Positions 50,006-59,789 of a DNA stretch of 64,000 nt are shown here, in pieces. Source of the DNA: Candidatus Omnitrophota bacterium (GTDB lineage: Bacteria; Omnitrophota; Gorgyraeia; Gygaellales; Profunditerraquicolaceae); NCBI GenBank assembly GCA_041653115.1, contig JBAZGA010000004.1, positions 4,660 to 68,659 of the forward strand. Reading direction: 5' to 3'. How positions within the stretch are numbered: the stretch's first letter is position 1; the number at the start of each line of letters is the position of its first letter. The notes under the pieces are model-generated. The model saw only the letters and a list, made by a program, of their open reading frames with translations, was not told where the DNA came from and did not search any database. Position numbers and translations under genes: made by a program.

Positions 50006-50111
50006 CGCAATCACCCCCTCTCGCCTACAAAGGCGACACTGGCGTAATACCGATAAGCGCCAGGTGCCTACCTTAATAGACGCAAAGGGAGTGATTTTCT
50101 CACATATATTT

Positions 50112-51155
50112 TTACTTAATCCTCTTCAAATACTCTTGAAAGGTCTTTTTTATATCAGCCAGGTTATCGCTGCCAAACTTTTCCAAAAGCACATCCGCCA
50201 GGACAAAGGCGGCCGCGGATTCGGCGATTACTGCGGCTGCCTCCACTACGCAAGTGTCTGAACGCTCAATGGCGGCCTTAGCGCGCTTCTTAGTGATGAT
50301 ATTCACCGAATCCAGAGGCTTCATTAAAGTAGCAATCGGCTTCATGCAGGCATGGATGATAATCTCCTCGCCGTTAGAGACGCCGCCTTCAATACCGCCG
50401 GCGTTATCGGTCTTACGGAAATATCCTTTATTCTTAGAATAATAAATCGCATCGTGGCAAAGAGAACCAAAACGGTGCGCATATCCAAAACCTAAGCCGA
50501 AGCCAATGGCTTTAATTCCCGGTATAGAGATAATACTCTGGGCCAAGCGGCCATCCAAACGCCTGTCCGCGCTCACATAGCTGCCCAGGCCTGCCGGAAC
50601 GCCGGAAGCAGTAACTTCAAAAATACCGCCTACCGTATCCCGGTTATTCTGCGCCTGAATAATTTTTTTCATCATCGCCTGGGGCGAACATTCTCCGCCG
50701 ATTAATAAAACTTTGCTCGCTATATTTATCCTGAATTCCGCCAGAAAAAGCCTGCATAGCGCGCCTACGGCTACCCTGGCAGCGGTTTCCCGGGCTGAGG
50801 CGCGCTCTAATACGTTACGGACGTCTTTAAATCCGTATTTCAGAGCTCCTGCCAAGTCCGCATGGCCCGGCCGGGGCGAGGTAACGGCAGCTAATTTATC
50901 AATACTAAAATCCTTATTTTCAATTAATAAGCTAACCGGGCTGCCTAAAGTCAGGCCTTTTCTGATGCCGGAAAGTATGCGCACGCTGTCCTTTTCAATC
51001 TGCATCCGCTTGCCGCGGCCATAGCCGGATTGCCGGCGTTTCAATTCATAATTTATTTTCTGGGTATCCAGCTTCAGCCCTGCGGGCAGACCTTCTAAAA
51101 TTGCATTTAAGGCCTCGCCGTGCGATTCCCCTGCTGTCAGATATTTTAACATCAT
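50112..51155 (-). CDS. aroC: chorismate synthase
   Basis: 347 aa. N-terminus LTAGESHGEAL and the chorismate synthase signatures. Confidence 0.92.
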   Translation of the reverse strand: MMLKYLTAGESHGEALNAILEGLPAGLKLDTQKINYELKRRQSGYGRGKRMQIEKDSVRILSGIRKGLTLGSPVSLLIENKDFSIDKLAAVTSPRPGHADLAGALKYGFKDVRNVLERASARETAARVAVGALCRLFLAEFRINIASKVLLIGGECSPQAMMKKIIQAQNNRDTVGGIFEVTASGVPAGLGSYVSADRRLDGRLAQSIISIPGIKAIGFGLGFGYAHRFGSLCHDAIYYSKNKGYFRKTDNAGGIEGGVSNGEEIIIHACMKPIATLMKPLDSVNIITKKRAKAAIERSDTCVVEAAAVIAESAAAFVLADVLLEKFGSDNLADIKKTFQEYLKRIK

Positions 51156-51194
51156 AACCTCCTTAATTTCTTGCGGCGCCTTATGATTTTATGA

Positions 51195-52064
51195 TTACGT
51201 GATGTTTTTTTGTAAAAAGGGAACTAAGACTATCCTGTCTTCTCTGCTGATAAACCCGAAATACCCGGCTATCTCGTAAAGCTTGCGCGCTTTCCCTTGC
51301 TTCTCCTTAGTTTGAACCCGCAGGATATTCACTACTACATTAATTGGAGGCCCATCCTTTTCTAAATAAACCTTACAGGCAAGGTTTGTATCCAGGGGCA
51401 TAAAGGTCTCAGAGGTAAAAGACACGCCTCCGTAACTGATGTCCTTTATCTTGCCCCAGACTTCCTTGCCCTGATAATAAAATGAAATATCCAGTTCTTT
51501 GCTTACTCTGGCATATTCCCGGCGTTCGCGTCCGGAATAGCCCGCGGTTTGGATGAATTCAATTGCCGTCTTGATTTTGCCCAGGTCTTGGGCGTCAAGA
51601 TAACCCTCCCTTAAATCCTTTAATTTTTCGCCGTAATATTTATTGATCGCATCGTCTATCTCGCTATAAGTGCTGATAAAAACCTGGATCTCGCAGCTAG
51701 TAATCTGCTGCAGCATCTGGATTACCCCTTCGTTTAAGGGATCTGCCATGGCCACGGATAAAATATTCCCCGTCTTATTTACCGGAATAAGCGTATATAT
51801 CTTAATCCATTTCAGGGGTATGCTGCCCAGTATTTCGGCGGAAATAGTATAGTTTTTTAAGGACAGGTAGGGAAAGTTATATTGTTCAGACAGGCACATG
51901 GCAACGTCTACGTCTGTGACTACTCCCATATTAATCAGATACTGGCTGATATAGCCGCCTTTCTTTTTTTGTTCCGCTAAAACCAACTTAAGCTGTTCCG
52001 GAGTAATCAGCCCGCGCTCTATCAGGAGCTCTCCGATTTTCTTTTTTGCGTTCCTGGAAAGCAT
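51195..52064 (-). CDS. MshEN (T2SSE N-terminal)-domain plus PilZ-domain protein; putative c-di-GMP receptor
   Basis: 289 aa. N-terminus LGELLIERGLITPEQLKLVLAEQKK (GspE_N/MshEN motif). The C-terminal beta-barrel has PilZ-like RxxxR (RERREYAR) and DxSxxG (DISYGG) motifs. Confidence 0.65.
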   Translation of the reverse strand: MLSRNAKKKIGELLIERGLITPEQLKLVLAEQKKKGGYISQYLINMGVVTDVDVAMCLSEQYNFPYLSLKNYTISAEILGSIPLKWIKIYTLIPVNKTGNILSVAMADPLNEGVIQMLQQITSCEIQVFISTYSEIDDAINKYYGEKLKDLREGYLDAQDLGKIKTAIEFIQTAGYSGRERREYARVSKELDISFYYQGKEVWGKIKDISYGGVSFTSETFMPLDTNLACKVYLEKDGPPINVVVNILRVQTKEKQGKARKLYEIAGYFGFISREDRIVLVPFLQKNIT

Positions 52065-52068
52065 TGTC

Positions 52069-52638
52069 TTATTCCCCCCAAAGGCCTCTCTTGTTTAAAC
52101 GCGCCTCTTGATAAAGCTGCAAAAATAAATCCGCGTATTTTACGTTCGGCGGGATAGTCAACAAAGAGGCGTATCCCTGCTTTACGATTTCGGCATTGAC
52201 GAATGTGCCGTCTTTCAGATAAACATAAGCAAGCAGGCGGCCGTACCTATCGTATTTTTCCACATCAAATTCCAATGAAACACGCTTGCCCTCGACTAAA
52301 TTCCTGGTAAATTCCCAGGCGCGCCGGCCTAACTTTTTAATTGTGTTTTTGTCCTGTTGGGTGCGCCGGCTGTCACGGGAGAGCTTATTCGACTCGTGCA
52401 CCTCGGGCGTATCTATGCCGATCAAACGGACCCTTTCTCCGCTCTCGAGCTGTAGAGTATCTCCGTCAACCGAGCGCTTAACATAAATATTTGTATAATC
52501 ATAGCGCCTGCCGAAGGGAAGGTTGAATATCCCCTTTTCGGAATCGTAAGTTACATTAACTTCATCGGCCTGCAGGCAGGCTCCGGCTGCCAATAACAAT
52601 AATACGCTAAAAAAGGCCGCCCTGCCCGGCTTTTTCAA
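52069..52638 (-). CDS. secreted thermonuclease (staphylococcal nuclease/SNase-like)
   Basis: 189 aa. Signal peptide and the SNase motif VDGDTLQL...RVRLIGIDTPE...YGRLLAYV. Confidence 0.8.
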   Translation of the reverse strand: MKKPGRAAFFSVLLLLAAGACLQADEVNVTYDSEKGIFNLPFGRRYDYTNIYVKRSVDGDTLQLESGERVRLIGIDTPEVHESNKLSRDSRRTQQDKNTIKKLGRRAWEFTRNLVEGKRVSLEFDVEKYDRYGRLLAYVYLKDGTFVNAEIVKQGYASLLTIPPNVKYADLFLQLYQEARLNKRGLWGE

Positions 52639-52652
52639 CCCCTAATCTCCTT

Positions 52653-53207
52653 TTATACCTGAGAAGCAATAATCCCTGCCAGGACTACGATATCTTCGGT
52701 GCAGAATATAGCGGTAATGCTTTTATCAAAAAATACATTCGCCTCCGGCCCGAATTCGGCATCGGCGCGCCAAAGGCTGATTAATACCGGCACGCCTGCA
52801 AACGCTTCTAAAATAATCCCGATATCGCCCTGGCCGGCTCTTTTTCCCGGCAGCCTCTCCAGGGCCTCCAAAATTCCTTCGGGATGGCTGCCGTATTTAC
52901 GGATTATCGGCTCAATTGCCCTTTTCCTAAAAGCAGGCTCATATCCTTCTATGCCGGATAATTCCCTGAAAGTAAGCCATTCTCCGGTTACCTCGGGCAG
53001 GCCTCTTGTTTTTCGCGCCAGATAATAATGCAGGAGTAAAATTGCCGTGAAGTCCTTTGCCGGCACATTACAGGCCAAAGATAACACCTGTTTTTTAGCT
53101 ATGTCGATGGTATATTCGTCAGCTAAGAATTTAACGCTGAATTTTTCATCCGTCTTTAATTTGGCCGACTCATCCCAGGCATTGCCTATCGCTGCCTCGT
53201 AACCCAT
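52653..53207 (-). CDS. hypothetical protein
   Basis: 184 aa with no recognisable motif. Diverges from the helicase gene across a 22-bp gap. Confidence 0.5.
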   Translation of the reverse strand: MGYEAAIGNAWDESAKLKTDEKFSVKFLADEYTIDIAKKQVLSLACNVPAKDFTAILLLHYYLARKTRGLPEVTGEWLTFRELSGIEGYEPAFRKRAIEPIIRKYGSHPEGILEALERLPGKRAGQGDIGIILEAFAGVPVLISLWRADAEFGPEANVFFDKSITAIFCTEDIVVLAGIIASQV

Positions 53208-53229
53208 AGTATTATTTTACTCTTTTTAA

Positions 53230-55146
53230 TTGGATAAATCAATGATTTTAGCTTATAATAACCCTATGTTATACGACCGGTTCCAGCAGGAAGCAATAGA
53301 TTATATAAACCAGGGCAATTCTGTAATCGTCTCTGCGCCCACCGGCAGCGGCAAGACCGCGATTGCCGAATATATTATCAACAATACCCTCCAGGACAAA
53401 CAATGCGGCGTAATTTATACCGCGCCCATCAAAGCCCTCTCTAACCAGAAATTCCGCGATTTCCAGGGCCAGTTCGGCGGGAATATCGGGATACTCACCG
53501 GGGACGTGTCGATTAATCCGGATGCCTGCGTCTTGATTATGACTACCGAAATATTCCGCAACAAGGTCCTGGATGAGCCGGAAAGCCTGAAAAGATATGC
53601 CTGGGTTATTTTTGACGAAATCCATTACCTGGATAATCCCGAGCGCGGCACGGTCTGGGAGGAATCTTTAATCTTTCTGCCTCCCCATATGAAGGTGCTG
53701 GGGTTGTCCGCCACTATCCCCAATATTAAACAATTGAGCGCCTGGATTGCCTCCATCCATCATCAGCCGGTAAAAATAGTGATTGAAGAAAAAAGGCCGG
53801 TACCCCTGCATTTCTTCTATCAGTGCGGCAATGAAATTATGGAGAACCCGGGGAATTTAAAACGCCTGAAATCCGGCCGGCCGAATAAATTAAATACCTT
53901 GATAAATTACCTGCGCCAGAAAGATGGGCTTCCCGCGATATATTTTGTCTTCGGCCGCAGGCGCGCCGAAGACCTCGCCTTTGAACTCTACGGCTATAAT
54001 TTCTTAACCGCCGCGGAAAGACAGCAAATATCGGAATTATACAATAATCTCCTGGAGCGTTTTGCCCTCAAACAGGAAAGGTCGGCGCAGGAATTGTATC
54101 CGCTCATCCAGAGGGGGGTCGCTTTTCATCATGCCGGAATGCTGCCGACGCTGAAAGAAACCATAGAAAGGCTTTTTACCAGCCGCTTATTAAAAGTTAT
54201 CTTTACCACGGAAACCTTTGCCCTGGGGATTAATATGCCCAGCCGCTCGGTCGTCTTTGATGAATTAAGAAAATTCTACGGCCGCTATGTGCGCAATTTA
54301 AAGACCCGCGATTTTTACCAGATGGCCGGCCGCGCCGGGAGGCGGGGCATAGATAACGAAGGGTTTGTCTATTGCCGGATAAACCCGCACCGTATCCATC
54401 CCGAAGAAGTAAAACGCGTTATCTTCGGCAAGCCCGAAGAGGTAAAAAGCCAGTTGAATACCTCTTACGCGACCATCCTTAACCTCTATGAAAAGCATAA
54501 AGAAGGGCTTTTCGAAATCTACCCCCTTTCCCTGCATTGCTTCCAATCCCGTAAACACGAGCAAAAAGAAGCGCTCCGGTTAATTGAGACAAAGCTGAAA
54601 CTCCTGAAAGAATTAGGTTATATCGATAGGGGCGCCTTAACGCAAAAAGGACAGTTCGCCAAAGCGGTTTACGGTTATGAATTAATCTTATCCGAGCTCT
54701 ACGCGCAAAATATCCTCGAGCAGCTGGATGAATTCGGCTTAGGCATCCTTGCCGCGGCAGTCGTCTTTGAGCCGAGGAAAAACCAGCGGATGAGCATCCT
54801 CTCCAAAGCCACGCGCAGGATAAAAGCGCCCTGCGAAGAAATATACGATAGCATAAGACAAAAAGAGCGCAGATACCGCATATACCCCTTCAGCAAACCC
54901 CTTTATTTTCATTTAAGCTCCTGCATGGAAGGGTGGCTGCGCGGCACGAATTTCAGCAAAATTTTACAGCTTACCGATACCGACGAAGGCGAGGTAGTGC
55001 GTTATTTCCGGATGGCGATACAGATTTTAAGGGAAATCAACGACGCTAAAGTATCTTCGCATATCCTGCGGGAAAAAATCAGAGAAACTATCCGGGTGCT
55101 GAAGCGCGATATTGTGGATGCGGAAAAACAGCTGCGGGAAGGTTAA
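53230..55146 (+). CDS. Ski2-like superfamily 2 DEAD/DEAH-box helicase
   Basis: 638 aa. Motif [33 protein letters not shown]; C-terminal winged-helix/ratchet-like region. The only plus-strand gene in the window. Confidence 0.8.
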   Translation: MDKSMILAYNNPMLYDRFQQEAIDYINQGNSVIVSAPTGSGKTAIAEYIINNTLQDKQCGVIYTAPIKALSNQKFRDFQGQFGGNIGILTGDVSINPDACVLIMTTEIFRNKVLDEPESLKRYAWVIFDEIHYLDNPERGTVWEESLIFLPPHMKVLGLSATIPNIKQLSAWIASIHHQPVKIVIEEKRPVPLHFFYQCGNEIMENPGNLKRLKSGRPNKLNTLINYLRQKDGLPAIYFVFGRRRAEDLAFELYGYNFLTAAERQQISELYNNLLERFALKQERSAQELYPLIQRGVAFHHAGMLPTLKETIERLFTSRLLKVIFTTETFALGINMPSRSVVFDELRKFYGRYVRNLKTRDFYQMAGRAGRRGIDNEGFVYCRINPHRIHPEEVKRVIFGKPEEVKSQLNTSYATILNLYEKHKEGLFEIYPLSLHCFQSRKHEQKEALRLIETKLKLLKELGYIDRGALTQKGQFAKAVYGYELILSELYAQNILEQLDEFGLGILAAAVVFEPRKNQRMSILSKATRRIKAPCEEIYDSIRQKERRYRIYPFSKPLYFHLSSCMEGWLRGTNFSKILQLTDTDEGEVVRYFRMAIQILREINDAKVSSHILREKIRETIRVLKRDIVDAEKQLREG

Positions 55147-56087
55147 AAACCACGAGCCGATCTTGATTTTAAATAATCTTTCAATATTTTCTTGTGGTCA
55201 AAGGCAAAATTTAATTTCTCTATCTCTTCTAACTTTACAATTCTTAAAGCCTGCGCATCGTCTCCTGCCTCGGGCTTTCCTTTTCCCTTTGCCGTAAACA
55301 CGGTAGCGACAGTATGAAAACGCGGGTCGCGGCCGGGCTGGGAATAGGTATGAAACTGCTTTAGCTCAATTAAATCCAGGCCCGTCTCCTCCTTCATTTC
55401 CCTGATACAGGCATCCTCCAGGCTTTCATTGTAATCGACAAATCCTCCGGGAAGCGCCAGGCCGAAAGGCGGGTTGCTCCTTTCGATTAAAACTACGCCG
55501 CCGTCAATCTCGATAATCGCGTCCACCGTAATAAAAGGGCCGAGGCCGAGCTTATGCAAAACATATTCCAGGTAGCTGGCTACGCCTTTATTGAATATTG
55601 CGTATGCCTCTTTGTCATAAAGGCAGAAAATAATTTCTTTAAGCGTGGTTTTTTCTTCGCGCGTATGCCTTAGAACTTCCTGGGCCATAATTTTAGCCGA
55701 CGCCAGTAAAGGAAAACCGCCCACTCCGCAGCCTAAGGCGGGAAAAACAATAGAACTGATCTTTAATTTATCGGCGAGCTTCAGGGTATTGGCGCAGGAA
55801 CTCCTGATCTTTAATTCATCGGTCTGAAAATCCATCCCCATGGTCGCGGCGTGAATTACATATTTAGCCGATAGGCTGCCGGCGCCGGTTTCTATTGCCC
55901 CGCCGATTTCTATCGGCCCTTTCTTTACTGCTTCCTCTTCAATAATTTTTCCGCCTTTTTTCTTAATCGCGCCCGCCACTCCGCCGCCCATCGCTAATTT
56001 ATTATTGGCGGCATTGACGATGGCATCGACTTTCAGGCCGGTGATATCTCCCTGGATAATTCTTACCTCGGTATCTTTTATTTTCAT
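55143..56087 (-). CDS. Macro domain (ADP-ribose binding/deacylase) fused to a NUDIX hydrolase domain
   Basis: 314 aa. The N-terminus [18 protein letters not shown]...GGGVAGAI is Macro (YmdB-like). The C-terminal [29 protein letters not shown] is the Nudix box GX5EX7REUXEEXGU. Confidence 0.75.
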   Translation of the reverse strand: MKIKDTEVRIIQGDITGLKVDAIVNAANNKLAMGGGVAGAIKKKGGKIIEEEAVKKGPIEIGGAIETGAGSLSAKYVIHAATMGMDFQTDELKIRSSCANTLKLADKLKISSIVFPALGCGVGGFPLLASAKIMAQEVLRHTREEKTTLKEIIFCLYDKEAYAIFNKGVASYLEYVLHKLGLGPFITVDAIIEIDGGVVLIERSNPPFGLALPGGFVDYNESLEDACIREMKEETGLDLIELKQFHTYSQPGRDPRFHTVATVFTAKGKGKPEAGDDAQALRIVKLEEIEKLNFAFDHKKILKDYLKSRSARGF

Positions 56088-56107
56088 CGCCTGATTAGCC
56101 GCTTTGC

Positions 56108-56866
56108 CTATCTTAATCTCCTTAAGATTAACTTCTCGTTTTTATGGTCCACCGTGAAATTAAAGCGGCTTAAAAACGACATCCCGAGCAGCCCGTCTTT
56201 GAAGCTAGGGTCTTTCGGAGTATCCCATAAAATAGCCGCCCCTACACTCTCCGCTTCCACGCCCTCAATTTTCACGCTTTCTAAAATTACGTACTGGGCC
56301 TTAGTCTTGCTGCCGTCCGCCATTTGCAATTCTACGGACCTGGCCTTTTCATCCATAGCAATGCCTAAGGCCCGGGCAATATTCTTGGTCAATAAAATCA
56401 ACGACGCGCCGGTATCTAAGACCAGCGACGCCCGGGCTTTTCCGTTTAAAAGGGCATTGACGACGATCTGGCCCTGTTCTTTGTCGACAGAAACTTGCCT
56501 GGGCAGGGCTTCTATCCTCTGTCTTTCCTCTTCAGCCCGCTTCTCTTCCCATTCCGCCGCCAGCCTTTCTCTTTCCAATTTCATCTGGACATTTTTTACT
56601 TCCGACTCTGCTTTATCTTTCTGCCATTGCTCACGTAAGAGCGCTGATTCCCGGGAAGTAGATCTCTCTATCCTTTCTATCTCGCGCTTTTGGAAAGTAA
56701 CCGTGCCGCAACCGACGTCGAAGATGACGGCGTTATTTTCTTCTTTCTGGATGAAGCCTTCGATACTGCGGCCGTTCTTAAGATAAAGGGTATCGGCGCG
56801 CAATTCCCCGGAGGAAATTAATAAAAACACCAGAGCTATAAGCAATAACCTCGTCTTCATAATCAA
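56108..56866 (-). CDS. secreted retropepsin-like (clan AA) aspartic protease
   Basis: 252 aa. Signal peptide, a charged coiled segment, then [12 protein letters not shown] (DTGA catalytic motif) of the TIGR02281-type retropepsin fold. Confidence 0.7.
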   Translation of the reverse strand: MIMKTRLLLIALVFLLISSGELRADTLYLKNGRSIEGFIQKEENNAVIFDVGCGTVTFQKREIERIERSTSRESALLREQWQKDKAESEVKNVQMKLERERLAAEWEEKRAEEERQRIEALPRQVSVDKEQGQIVVNALLNGKARASLVLDTGASLILLTKNIARALGIAMDEKARSVELQMADGSKTKAQYVILESVKIEGVEAESVGAAILWDTPKDPSFKDGLLGMSFLSRFNFTVDHKNEKLILRRLR

Positions 56867-57378
56867 GCCTTCTCTTGATAAACCCCTCGATACCCGAAGC
56901 TCGTTTCCGTCATCCCGATAAAAACTAACTGGGCGATACGCGCGTTCTGCTTTAAGGTTATCCCGTGAGGATTTTCCACCGCTAAAATAAATTCTCCCCT
57001 GCCATGAAAACCCGCGTCCCAGACCCCGTGCTGCGTAAAAGCGCCCATCCTCAATAAGGAAGTGCGCGAAAAAGCCAGGGCGAATAAATCATTGGGCAGG
57101 TTTACCGTTTCATTGGTCTTTATCTTATAGGCGCCTTTAGCAAGATGCCACCAGCCGAATTTATCCTGCGGGCTTTGCTTCTTCGCTAAAATCTCTTTTC
57201 CTCCCGGGACCTTTCTTTCCTTATTGGAGAAATCCAGCGCCCCTGCCGTATCAAACTCAAAAACACTCCCCACCGTCAAATCAAATCCGTTGGGCGTAAG
57301 CTGGACATCTAGGTCAATATAGCCTTCAATCAGTTTTTTTCCGGTAATCAGCTTTTCTAATTCCTCGCGGTTAAGCAT
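56863..57378 (-). CDS. dcd: dCTP deaminase/dUTPase-family protein
   Basis: 171 aa. Beta-clip dUTPase-fold motifs (VWDAGFHGR, IAQLVF); housekeeping length. Confidence 0.7.
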   Translation of the reverse strand: MLNREELEKLITGKKLIEGYIDLDVQLTPNGFDLTVGSVFEFDTAGALDFSNKERKVPGGKEILAKKQSPQDKFGWWHLAKGAYKIKTNETVNLPNDLFALAFSRTSLLRMGAFTQHGVWDAGFHGRGEFILAVENPHGITLKQNARIAQLVFIGMTETSFGYRGVYQEKA

Positions 57379-57389
57379 AATTATATCTA

Positions 57390-57419
57390 ATGCCTGCCTG
57401 CCGGCAAGCAGGCAGGCAT
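57390..57419. promoter_or_regulatory. perfect 12-bp-stem GC-rich palindrome (ATGCCTGCCTGC-cggcaa-GCAGGCAGGCAT) ending 12 nt upstream of the dcd start
   Basis: Inverted repeat read directly from the sequence. There is no strong U-tract after it on the minus strand, so it is not a canonical terminator. Confidence 0.5.
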
Positions 57420-57431
57420 CTTTGAATTAAA

Positions 57432-57842
57432 CTATTTTTTAAACGCCACTAACGCCTTGGCGTTGTCAGTTGTAGAGAGGACTATCCTTGCCGGGCATCC
57501 TCCCGGGCAGGTTGTCCCGTAAACCTGTTTAATATCAATCCCTGCTGCGGCCAGCTTTTCGGTAACGAGTTTCAAGGCGCCGGTTTTGTTCTCCAACTCG
57601 ACGATTACTGCTTCTCTTTCCGTGATAGAGTTGTAACCTGCCTTTTTCAAGGCATCCCCTGCCCTTAAATTGTCGTCGCTGATGAACATTATCTTCGCGT
57701 TCTTATCCTCAAGCGCGTAGCCTGCCACTGTCTCGATATTTATCCCTGACTGCGCCAATATCCTGGACATATCCGCCAATACTCCGATTTTGTTCACTAC
57801 CGTCACCACGATTTCCTTCCCTAGATGCGCGTTTTTAATCAT
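57432..57842 (-). CDS. tandem ACT-domain protein
   Basis: 136 aa. Two ~65-aa ACT-like beta-alpha-beta-beta-alpha-beta units (VVTVVNKIGVLADMSRILAQ... and AVIVELENKTGALKLVTEKLAAA...). Overlaps the cca 3' end by 4 nt. Confidence 0.6.
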   Translation of the reverse strand: MIKNAHLGKEIVVTVVNKIGVLADMSRILAQSGINIETVAGYALEDKNAKIMFISDDNLRAGDALKKAGYNSITEREAVIVELENKTGALKLVTEKLAAAGIDIKQVYGTTCPGGCPARIVLSTTDNAKALVAFKK

Positions 57843-59287
57843 CTGCCTCCTCCTTTCAATTTTCCGGCCCTTTCCAGCGCCTGCTTCTTGGTTTTGATTT
57901 TGCCGATTGCCTGTAATTCCTCTATTTCGGAAAGAATTTTTCCGATTAAAGGCGAGGGCTGCAATTTGAATTTTCGGATCAGGTCATCGCCTGTAATTAA
58001 ACGGGGCAGCTTCCTTTTTTTCTTCTCGCGGAAATATTCTTTAATCAAAGTCAAAACTATCTTTTCGTGGCGCAGGCGCGAGGCTTTCGTGGTTAGCGGC
58101 CCCTTAGTGGAGCGCTGGTCAGCCAGGGAAATTAAAAGAGTGCTGACTGCTTCGCCTGCGGTATCGCGGAAATACCTGAATTTAGCCCGGGGAGTGACCT
58201 CCTCAACATCGGCCAAATATCCCGGCCTTAAATGCCAGAAGACCATCTTTCCTAACGTCTTAGACTCGTCGTTAGAAAGCCTAAGGCGCCTGGCAATATT
58301 ATCCGCAAGCTCTGCGCCTATCCTTTCGTGGCCGTGGAAAATAGTCTTGCCGGCCTTACGGCGCAGGGCGCGCGGCTTTCCGATATCGTGTAAAAACGCG
58401 CCTAATTTCATCAGGCTGCGGCGCTTTCTTTCTCCGGAGATGATTTCATTCAGGTAAGCGTGGATTTCCCTGTTCTTCTTAAAGCCTTCGATGATCAGCT
58501 CTATTTGCCTGACTGTTTCCAGGCTGTGCTTTAAGACATCCAGGTGGTGGTAAGGCCCCTGGTTTACGCCGCGCATCGGTTCGGCTTCCGGAATAATTAT
58601 TTTTAAGATTTTTAATTTATCCAGGGCGGCTAAATACTCATATGCGCAGGACGAGTCTAAAATCTTAAATAGCTCGTCGCGGATACGCTCAAAAGATACG
58701 CCGGATAACTTTTTTTTCTTCAGCCTGATTAATTTCATGGTTTCTTTATCTATTTTAAAAGCAAAAATCGCCGCTAAGCTGAAGGCGCGCAATATGCGCA
58801 GCGGGTCATCATCAAAGCTTTTTTTATTCGTGATACGGATTAAGCCAGATTTTAAGTCTTTTCTTGCTCGATAGGGGTCAATGAGTGAATGGTTTAAGTT
58901 AGGGCGGGTAAATATTTTTTCTAATTCCAGGGCCAGGGCGTTGATGGTAAAATCGCGGTATTTCAGGTCCTCCTCCAGAGTCTTCCCGCGGAAATCGGTA
59001 AAGTCCAGGGTATAGACCCTGCCATCCATCCTTTTTACCAGGCGGCAGCAGCCATGTTCTTTATCCAGGACGACAAAGCCGGCGCCGATTCTCTTTTGCA
59101 GCTTGCGGCCGAAATTTATCGCCTCTTTTTTAATGCAAAAATCGATATCGGGGTTGGTTTTTTTTCTTTCCAGGATGCTGTCGCGTAGATACCCGCCGAC
59201 CAGGTAGAGTTTGATTTTCTTGTTTTTGGCAAAAGAGGAGATATCTTTGAGCAGTTTTTTTTCCTGCGGCTTTAAGGCTAGGGTCAT
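57839..59287 (-). CDS. cca: CCA tRNA nucleotidyltransferase / poly(A) polymerase family with HD domain
   Basis: 482 aa. LYLVGGYLRDSIL...DIDF pol-beta NT motif, central HD region (HDIGK), and a tRNA-NT C-terminal domain. Confidence 0.85.
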   Translation of the reverse strand: MTLALKPQEKKLLKDISSFAKNKKIKLYLVGGYLRDSILERKKTNPDIDFCIKKEAINFGRKLQKRIGAGFVVLDKEHGCCRLVKRMDGRVYTLDFTDFRGKTLEEDLKYRDFTINALALELEKIFTRPNLNHSLIDPYRARKDLKSGLIRITNKKSFDDDPLRILRAFSLAAIFAFKIDKETMKLIRLKKKKLSGVSFERIRDELFKILDSSCAYEYLAALDKLKILKIIIPEAEPMRGVNQGPYHHLDVLKHSLETVRQIELIIEGFKKNREIHAYLNEIISGERKRRSLMKLGAFLHDIGKPRALRRKAGKTIFHGHERIGAELADNIARRLRLSNDESKTLGKMVFWHLRPGYLADVEEVTPRAKFRYFRDTAGEAVSTLLISLADQRSTKGPLTTKASRLRHEKIVLTLIKEYFREKKKRKLPRLITGDDLIRKFKLQPSPLIGKILSEIEELQAIGKIKTKKQALERAGKLKGGGR

Positions 59288-59310
59288 TAAGAATTTTGCT
59301 ATTCTGGGGA

Positions 59311-59364
59311 CACCTTTACGCTTGGTTTTAAAAACGTTTTACGCTTAATTTTAAAAACGGTTTA
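59311..59364. repeat. 54-nt intergenic motif, copy 2; overlaps the stop codon of the bifunctional-nuclease gene and lies 24-77 nt upstream of the cca start
   Basis: cacctttacgcttggttttaaaaacgttttacgcttaattttaaaaacggtttat; compare copy 1 at 45757-45810. Confidence 0.7.
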
Positions 59365-59778
59365 TTTTTCTTTGTTAAATATCTCGGACTGCTTGACTAC
59401 TTCGTCTTCCACGAATATCGGCGCGTGCGCCCGCACGGCCAAGGCGATACTGTCCGAAGGCCGGGCATCGATAATCCTGGTCTCGCCCAGCTTGGTCTTC
59501 AGGCACAATTTGGCGTGAAAAGTGCTTTCTTCCAATTTATCGATGATGATTTTTTCCACGTTGGCCTGCAGGTTTTCAATCGTCAGGTGCAATAAATCGT
59601 GGGTTAACGGCCGGGGCGGCTGGAAACCGCTGAGTTTTAACTTGATGGCCGAGGCCTCGCTTAAGCCGATGACAATCGGCAAAATCCGTTCGCCGTTTTT
59701 TTCTTTAAGCACAATCAACTGATCATGCCTTTTCTCGTCAATCACAATCTTGTTCAATTCCATCTCAATCATCGCCAT
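59362..59778 (-). CDS. bifunctional nuclease family protein (DUF151/BFN)
   Basis: 138 aa. PIVIGLSEASAI...RPLTHDL...ARPSDSIALA pattern of BFN domain proteins. Confidence 0.7.
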   Translation of the reverse strand: MAMIEMELNKIVIDEKRHDQLIVLKEKNGERILPIVIGLSEASAIKLKLSGFQPPRPLTHDLLHLTIENLQANVEKIIIDKLEESTFHAKLCLKTKLGETRIIDARPSDSIALAVRAHAPIFVEDEVVKQSEIFNKEK

Positions 59779-59789
59779 AAGCTCCCGCG

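Noticed and set aside
50006-50111. Structured 5' leader of spoVG (two short hairpins CTGGCG...CGCCAG and TCGCC...GGCGA) as a riboswitch
   Set aside because: Too short and simple to assign to any known riboswitch class. It is more likely ordinary leader structure.
56863-57378. Possibility that dcd is an anti-phage dCTP-deaminase (nucleotide-depletion) defence gene
   Set aside because: At 171 aa it is housekeeping-sized and lacks the extra N-terminal kinase-like domain I associate with defensive dCTP deaminases. It also sits among nucleotide-metabolism genes.
56154-58457. Two 210-aa plus-strand ORFs (56154-56786 and 57825-58457), antisense to the retropepsin-like protease and cca genes
   Set aside because: Shadow ORFs opposite confidently assigned minus-strand genes; Ser/Ala-rich translations without motifs.
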